NCBI GenBank assembly: GCA_025558095.1
Contig: JAIVFI010000009.1
Coordinates: 744,001-808,000 of the forward strand
Length of the DNA: 64,000 nucleotides
Direction: 5' to 3'
Source of the DNA: Hyaloraphidium curvatum SAG 235-1
Taxonomy: Eukaryota > Fungi > Monoblepharomycota
A model generated the notes under the pieces. That model did not search any database. It was not told where the DNA came from and saw nothing but the letters and a program-made list of their open reading frames with translations. Position 1 is the stretch's first letter. Each line of letters opens with the position of its first letter. The position numbers were made by a program, and so were the translations under genes. This document shows positions 57,682-64,000 of the stretch, one piece after another.

Positions 57682-58969
57682 CTACTCCTCCGGCACCTCC
57701 ATCTCCCCCGGGTCCTCGGGCTCTTCCACGTTGCCCCCGAGCCCGTACTCGATGAACTCGGTGCCGTATTCGGACGCCTCCATCGCCTCTGTGGCCTTCT
57801 TGTAGACGAAGGCCATGGAGGCGTAGAAGTAGATGGCGCGGATGCGCGCGGAGAAGGCGTCGATCTGACGCCGGAAAGGAAGGGGTAGGTCAGCGAGGCC
57901 GAAAGAGCAAAGTTGGTGCTTGGGGGAGGTTCACCTTGAAATGGTCCTCCTCGCTCTGGAACGCGTTGAGAGAGTCCACCAGCCCCTTCAGGTACTCGAC
58001 CATGGTCCCGTTCTTCCTGTACGCGCCCCCGTAATCGGCCATGTAGCTCGTGTGCAGGTCCTCGCACAGGTACATGCCCCCCTCCTTCAGATGGAGCAGC
58101 TCCTCCTCGAAAGCAACGCGCTGCTGCACCATCTTGTGCCCGCCGTCGTCGATCACGATGTCGGGGGGCGGCACCGAGCGGCGGAAGGCGCGCCAGAAGG
58201 TGCGGTTTGCCTGGTCGCCGATGTGGATGTGCACGCCGGGGCCCTGGAACTTGACGACCTCGGGGTTGAAGTCCACCCCGTGGTACTCCAACCTGTTCGG
58301 CCCGAAATAGGCCTGCCACATGTCGATCGATCCCCCGCTCTGCACGCCGATCTCGACCAGCACCACCTTCCTCCGCGCCCGGAACCTTTTGAAGTGCCGG
58401 TGGTACGCGTCGAAGTACCCGCTCCACTTGTGCATCCCGCGGCCCTCGTGCGCCAGCGCTATCTTCCAGAGGGGGTTGCAGTCCGGGCCCTCCTCGTCCA
58501 GCGGGTCGCAGGCCGTCGCGTTGGTTTTCGGTGTCGCCGCGGGGGCGGAAGCGGAGGTCCCGGTCGGCGGCGGTTCCTCCTTGTCCTCCTTAGGTGGTTC
58601 CTCCTTCGTTGCACCGTTCGGAGTTTCGGGTTTCTCGCCCTCTGGAGGCTCCTCGTCCTCCGGAGACGCGTCCTTTTCGGGGCGCGGCGCCGGCGCGTCC
58701 CCTTTCCCCTCCCCCTCCTTAGGCTCCCCGCCCTCCTCCTCCTCCTCCTCCTCGTCGTCGTCGATTCCCGGCTCGCCCTCCCTTTCGCGCACCTCCCCCC
58801 CGCCGCGCCACGCGCCGCCCCGCCACGCCGCCGGTTCGCGCACCTCGACCGCGAGCGGCCAGTCCGCGGGGCACGCGAGCGACGCGAGGGGCGAGGAAAG
58901 GGGGATCACCGCGACGGCAAAGACGAAGCCGAGCGCGAAGGCGAGGGGGAAGAGGAGGCGCGGTTCCAT
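57682..58969 (-). CDS. Type II membrane class I SAM-dependent methyltransferase, copy 1
   Basis: TM plus acidic stem; HKW..YF.AY.RHF, VEIGVQSGGS..MW, GDQ, DIVIDDGGH, GGMYLCEDLHTSY. Confidence 0.8.
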
Positions 58970-59387
58970 GTTCGTCGTGAGGGGAGGGACGGCCGGCCCG
59001 CGCTGCCCGCGACAGGCTTGGCTATCACTTCCATCGGGGGACGGCTCGCATTTTCGGCTCACTAATGGGGCTCCAGATGAATGGTTATTGTGAAAGCATT
59101 CCCGGTTTCTCGCAAGTGGACCGAATCTCCAAGACCGAGCCATGCCAGCGGTCGCCTGCCAAGGAACCCGGCAAACGTTCTTTCCTTCGATCCACTGCGG
59201 AACGGATGCCGAATGCGCTCGAAGGAGTGTCGCTGGATCGAGTATCCCCAACCGGGGCAACAACTGCGCGAGTGGACCTCGCTGAGGCGGAGGAACGGCC
59301 AGTTCCAGGGCCCCGCACAGCCACGCACGCCAATTTCGTCACAGGCCCTCCAGATCCCATCGGGACTCCATTACGTCCCAACAGCAC

Positions 59388-60764
59388 ATGGCAGACGAGC
59401 GCACACCCCTCTCCCCCGGCCGCCCGCCGGGCCCGCGCCAAAAGGGCCCCAAACCCCGCCTGGACGCGCTCTTCCTGTCGCGGCTCCGCAGGATCGCCGT
59501 CCTCGGCGCCGCGGACAGGCCCGCAGCCGTCGCCCCGCACTTTGCCCTGCTCATCGGGCTCGCGGGCCTCTCGGAGCTGCTCGAGTTCCTCGCCGCGGGG
59601 CGGCGCGCCGAGTTCTACCTCTTCCTCCCCGCGGGGCGGCTGGACGAGTTCTACGGCGCCGCGGGGAGCCTGGCGGGGCTTTATGCCGCGCTCGCCGCCG
59701 TCAGGGGGGCAAGGCGGTACGCGGTCGGGTGGCTCAGGACGGAGATGGGGCGGTGCGTGGTGGGGAGGCTGCAGGGGAGGGTGCTTCAACGCGGGGAGGA
59801 CGAGGAGGGGCGAGGGGCGGCGGGAATCGTCTACGACAGACTGTTTGAGGTCAGGGAGGAAGGGTGGACGCAGGAGGAAGAGGGATCAGATGCACACGCG
59901 GCCCATTCATCGCGGGGGAAGCTTCAGGATCATCAGACCTCGAAGGACGAACCAGCCGGCCAAGGAGACGACGCTCGGCATAACGCGGTACCCAAGGTGG
60001 ACAATCCGGACCAACGGATGACCAACGACGTCCGAGAGGTCTTCGTGGGTAACTTGTACCTCTTGCTTGCCCCGATCCCGCGCCTTATCCCTTCCCCCCC
60101 GCAGCTATACCTCGGCCTAGTCCTGGACTCCTTCGCCATCCTCCCCTTTGTCCTCGCCTACTACCTCTACCTCCTCCTCGCCCAGATCCCCGGCCCCGCG
60201 TTCGCCGGCTTCGCCCTCTTCTGGCTCCTCGTCCTCGCCGCGTGCTGGCTCGCGTACTGGCCCCTCGTCTCGGTCGTCGTGGGTCGGGAGGAGAGGGCTG
60301 GGGAGCAGAGGTGGCTGCACGTGCACCTGAGGGATGCGGTTGCGAGGGGGGAGGGCGTGGATACAGAGGGGTGGGGGGGGAGGCTGAGGAGGACGTTGGG
60401 GGAGCTTGTGGATTGGCAGATGCGGTACGTGAGGTGGACGAGCTTCCAGACGAGCGTCACGATGCTCTTCGAAGGGCTCAAGTTCGTCGTGGGTATCACT
60501 TCGGCCTCCATCGCACCCTCACCCCGCTGACCCACGGCACCCGATCGGCAGGCCGTCTACGTCGTCATCTCCCTCACCCTCTTCCCCACCTCCTCCCCGC
60601 CCCCCTCGGACCTCGCCTCGCGGATCAACTTCCTCGCGTACGTCCTGGAGCACGCCGCAGGGAGGCTGATGGTGCTGGTCGAGCACATGGGCGCGCTGTC
60701 GGAGCTGGCGGGGTACGTAGCGAGGGTGGGGGGGTTGCTGGACGTTGTGGGGTGGGACATCTGA
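59388..60764 (+). CDS. ABCD-type transporter transmembrane domain only (no NBD)
   Basis: LDALFLSRL, DNPDQRMTNDV, ELAGYVARVG.LL then stop; no Walker motifs downstream. Confidence 0.6.
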
Positions 60765-61737
60765 AAAAGATGGGGCCCGGCGGGCCGGTTGGGCTCCGGC
60801 GATGGGGCCGGTGCTTAATTTCGAACCGAGCAATAGAATTGGGGCGAGTAATCAACAGCGCAGCCAGTCGGTCCCAACCCCGCAGTTGATCTGCTTGGTT
60901 TCCCGAGGTTCTCGCTCGGCAGGAGCCCTCTTGATCGTGACGTCACGCCAGGCTCCCTCCGAATCCAGGTCCAGCTCCGGCACGAACGACGCCGTCGTCT
61001 CTGCGTGAGCCCGGCGGCCCGCGAGAGCATTTAGCAGCATTGGCCGAGAAAGGACACTCTAACGATGAGCAAGACCGCGGTCATGCATCCTTCGATCAGC
61101 CCCTGCTAGCGCGGTTGCTCGACCCGCGAGACCCAGCTCGACGTCTCACGAAGCGCCGACCAGCGCCGCGCGAGATGGCGGAGCCGGCCTCGCGTGCCTC
61201 ACGCGCCCAAGTGACCAAGGGAGGTGCGCACCGACACCTGCGTGTGCTCCGCGCAAGTAGATGCTCCCGCCAGAGTCAATACGAACGCAATGAAGCGCTG
61301 GAGAGGGCGCTTCGTCCTGAGCAGATCTGGCAAATGCCACAGCGATGGATTCCCAGACGCGGTGGTGAAACCGCAGAAATCGGTCCGAATCTCGGAGCTA
61401 GAATGCAACCCGACTTGAGAATGAGCGCCAGAGGCCTTTAAGACCGAGTTAGAGCCCACATGCAGGCGGTTCCAGCCCAGCCTTGCAGGCGCCTGGCGAG
61501 AAGCCCCGTGTCCCGCGCAGCCAATTGACCAAGTGCGCCGTCGAAGTGCCGTCCTGCCCGCGGGTGCGGCCCCCAGGCCTGCTTGCGACCGAGTTTTCGT
61601 GGGCAGTCCTCATAACACTCTCTCCCATGGATACTAGCGAATGCAATCCCGAATCTCCTCCACGTCGTAGGCCTCCACCTTCCCAGTCCCAAGACACAGC
61701 CATCCGCGTCACCTGCAACGCCGTACCCCTCCCACCC

Positions 61738-62922
61738 CTACCCCAACCCCTCTCCCGACCCCGCCAATACCATCGGCCGCGCCATCTCTCCCGGGTCCTC
61801 CGGCCCCGTCTCCGTCATCGCCCACGCGGGCCCGTAGTCCATCCACTCGGTCCCGAACCGCGGCGCCTCGGGCGGCCCGGTGCGGCGCTTGTAGAGGAAC
61901 GCCATCGAGTCGTAGAAGTACATGGCGCGGACCGAGCGGGTGAATGCGTCGGGCTGCGATCGTTGGAGGGAAGGGGTGAGCTGGCGGGCCGGGTGCGGAA
62001 GGCGGGGCCGACGCACCGCGAAGGTCGAGTTGTCCTGGCTGTGCCACGCGCTGAGCGAATCCACCAGTCCCTTCAGCCTCTCCACCATCGTCCCGCGCGT
62101 GCGGTACCCGCCGCCGTACGCGGGCCAGTAGCTCGTGTGCAGGTCCTCGCACAGGTACATGCCGCCCTCCTTCAGGACGGGGAAGGTCTCTTCCAGCGTC
62201 ACGCGCTGCTGCACCATCCTGTGGCCGCCGTCGTCGATCACGATGTCCGGCGGAGGGAGGCGGGGGAGGATTCCGCGGCGCCAGAGGGTGCGGTTGGCCT
62301 GGTCGCCCGTGAAGATGGTCACCCCGGGAGCGGAGAACTGCGTCGACTCGGGGTTGAAGTCGACGCCGTAGTAGTCCAGCCGGTCGGGGCCGAAGTAATC
62401 GCGCCACATGTCTATGGAGCCGCCGCTCTGCACGCCGATTTCGAGGAGCACCACGCGGGGCTGCAGCCGGAAGCGCCGAAAGTGCCGGTGGTAGGCGTCA
62501 AAGTAGTGCAGCCACTTGTGCAGGCCGCGGCCCTTGGTGTGGGCGAGGGCAAACTTCCACAGGGGGTTGCAGTCCGGGCCCTCTTCGTCCGCCAGGTCGC
62601 AGGCTGAGGGCGAGGCCGCTGGCGATGTCCCGACGTCCGCGGTCCCCGCCCCGCCAGACGCGTTTTCCGGTTCCGCCGCGTCCGTTCTCGCGCCTCCCGC
62701 ACTTTTCATTCCCTCCTCCGCGACATTGAGCCCCGCATCGTGCTCCGCAGGCGGCCCCGGGCCGTCTCCAGAGTGCCACCGTCCGAGCGACAGCGCAGGG
62801 TTCCGCGGCCCCGCCACCGCCGGACACGCGACCGCCGCCAGCCGCGGGAACGCGGGAAGAACGAGGAGCGCGAAGAGGAAGCCCGCCGCAAACGAGAGGG
62901 CGGAGAGCTGGCGGGGCTGCAT
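61738..62922 (-). CDS. Type II membrane class I SAM-dependent methyltransferase, copy 2
   Basis: Paralog of 57682-58969: CD..DEEGPDCNPLWK, HKW, LEIGVQSGGS, DIVIDDGGH, EDLHTSY. Confidence 0.8.
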   Translation of the reverse strand: MQPRQLSALSFAAGFLFALLVLPAFPRLAAVACPAVAGPRNPALSLGRWHSGDGPGPPAEHDAGLNVAEEGMKSAGGARTDAAEPENASGGAGTADVGTSPAASPSACDLADEEGPDCNPLWKFALAHTKGRGLHKWLHYFDAYHRHFRRFRLQPRVVLLEIGVQSGGSIDMWRDYFGPDRLDYYGVDFNPESTQFSAPGVTIFTGDQANRTLWRRGILPRLPPPDIVIDDGGHRMVQQRVTLEETFPVLKEGGMYLCEDLHTSYWPAYGGGYRTRGTMVERLKGLVDSLSAWHSQDNSTFAVRRPRLPHPARQLTPSLQRSQPDAFTRSVRAMYFYDSMAFLYKRRTGPPEAPRFGTEWMDYGPAWAMTETGPEDPGEMARPMVLAGSGEGLG

Positions 62923-63306
62923 AGCGGGTTTCGGCAACGGGGCGGCCGGTCGCACGGTCGGCAGATCCCGGTCGCCACGTCCCCCGAATGTGTCCCCGAC
63001 GAGCCGTTCAATTACCCGTCGTCCGGAAACGTTTGAAAAAGGAGCCGAATCCAGCATTGCCGGGCAGGATTCGGATTCACCCCGGATGGACCTCTCCCAG
63101 CAGCCCTCTCCCTGGCTCACAGAGAACGCCGATGGTGTCCTTCCGCCGTCAAGTGGGAGCTACAAGCATCCGAAGGAGGTCCATAGCAAGGCATGTTTAT
63201 TGACGATGTCTCCCGGATACTCCGGTGGGAACCATCGGGATCGATGGAAGACCCGTTGGGTTGGGCGGGGCATTCCCTGTCCCAGCTCGCCTCGGGCTCA
63301 ACGGCC

Positions 63307-64000
63307 ATGCAGGCCGCTGACGCGATGCCCGCCGAGCCCGCCGCCGGCGAAGCTTCCAAGCCGACCGGCTTCTTCTCGCCCGCGGACCTGGCCGCGGCGT
63401 TCCCGCTGCCGCCGCCGCTGACCGGACCTTGGGAGCGCAAACATGCCGACGCGGAGCGCGCTTTGCCGGAGCCGCCCTCGATGGACGCGGTTCATGCGGC
63501 CCTCGCGCCGTACCCGGTCCTCCGAACGCTGGCGGCGTGGCACCTCGCGCTGTGGTGGCTGCTGCCGACCCTGTTTGTGCGGTACTCGGCGGTTTCCATC
63601 GTGGCGGCCGCGTTCTGCGCGTCGATGTTCGCGTTCGGGGACGCGTTCGGGCGCACGCAGCTCGTCGGCGGCTACGTGCTCGTGGTGCTCTACCTCGTAG
63701 CGCTGCCGACGGTGTGGGCCGTCGGCCAGGTCGTGCTGGTGCGCCAGCTGCAGCCGGACAGGTTCCCGAACTGGGCGGCGGCAGCGCGCTCGAGGCTAAC
63801 GGGGAGCTTCTGGCCGTGGCCCCGGCGCAAGATGATCCAAGGCCTGCTGCTGTCCGGCTACGCCATCGTGCCGGCGTGGGCACGTTGCGTGCGGGACGAT
63901 GTGCAATCGGAAACCGCCCTCGGGCACGTCCAGGGGGACGCGGAATGCACGTGCGCCGCCCCGCGGTGCTCGGGCGCTCTTCTCGCTTCCGCTGCACGCA
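63307..64000 (+). CDS. Hypothetical membrane protein, 5' part (runs off window end)
   Basis: Open frame MQAADAMPAEPAAG...WHLALWWLLPTLF...GYVLVVLYLVALPTVW...ECTCAAPRC; no stop seen. Confidence 0.5.
   Translation, partial: MQAADAMPAEPAAGEASKPTGFFSPADLAAAFPLPPPLTGPWERKHADAERALPEPPSMDAVHAALAPYPVLRTLAAWHLALWWLLPTLFVRYSAVSIVAAAFCASMFAFGDAFGRTQLVGGYVLVVLYLVALPTVWAVGQVVLVRQLQPDRFPNWAAAARSRLTGSFWPWPRRKMIQGLLLSGYAIVPAWARCVRDDVQSETALGHVQGDAECTCAAPRCSGALLASAAR

Noticed and set aside
60800-61700. Short ORFs in a slightly lower-GC interval
   Set aside because: No recognisable motifs, terminal repeats or codon bias; left unannotated.

Overview
GC-rich, gene-dense eukaryotic DNA with short spliceosomal introns. 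It is very probably fungal, and an early-diverging lineage is inferred from a fungal TF domain, an Nrg1-like zinc finger, TMEM120 and many bacterial-type enzymes. About 40 host genes are present. These include Nas6/gankyrin, MIOS/Sea4, two flavin monooxygenases, GST-kappa, crotonase, a sulfotransferase, an amidohydrolase, and a GT23-like glycosyltransferase next to two membrane-anchored methyltransferases. The outstanding feature is an AT-richer 4,671-bp insertion (9546-14216). It has ~120-bp imperfect terminal inverted repeats (5'-AGGCAGAGGCAG...CTGCCTCTGCCT-3') and a perfect 5-bp target-site duplication (TCCGT), and it splits a gamma-glutamylcyclotransferase gene exactly in frame. It encodes no recognisable transposase, integrase, polymerase or capsid. 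It carries a D5-like SF3 helicase without an obvious primase domain, a minimal HNH-like protein, an intron-containing caspase-like (clan CD) protease and a putatively myristoylated protein. Its TIRs contain co-varying hairpins. It looks like a compact virus-derived or satellite-type mobile element. Secondary observations include frequent GC-AG introns, a Rieske oxygenase lacking cluster ligands, frameshifted bacterial-type genes and local duplications. All family calls are from motif recognition by eye; no database searches were run.
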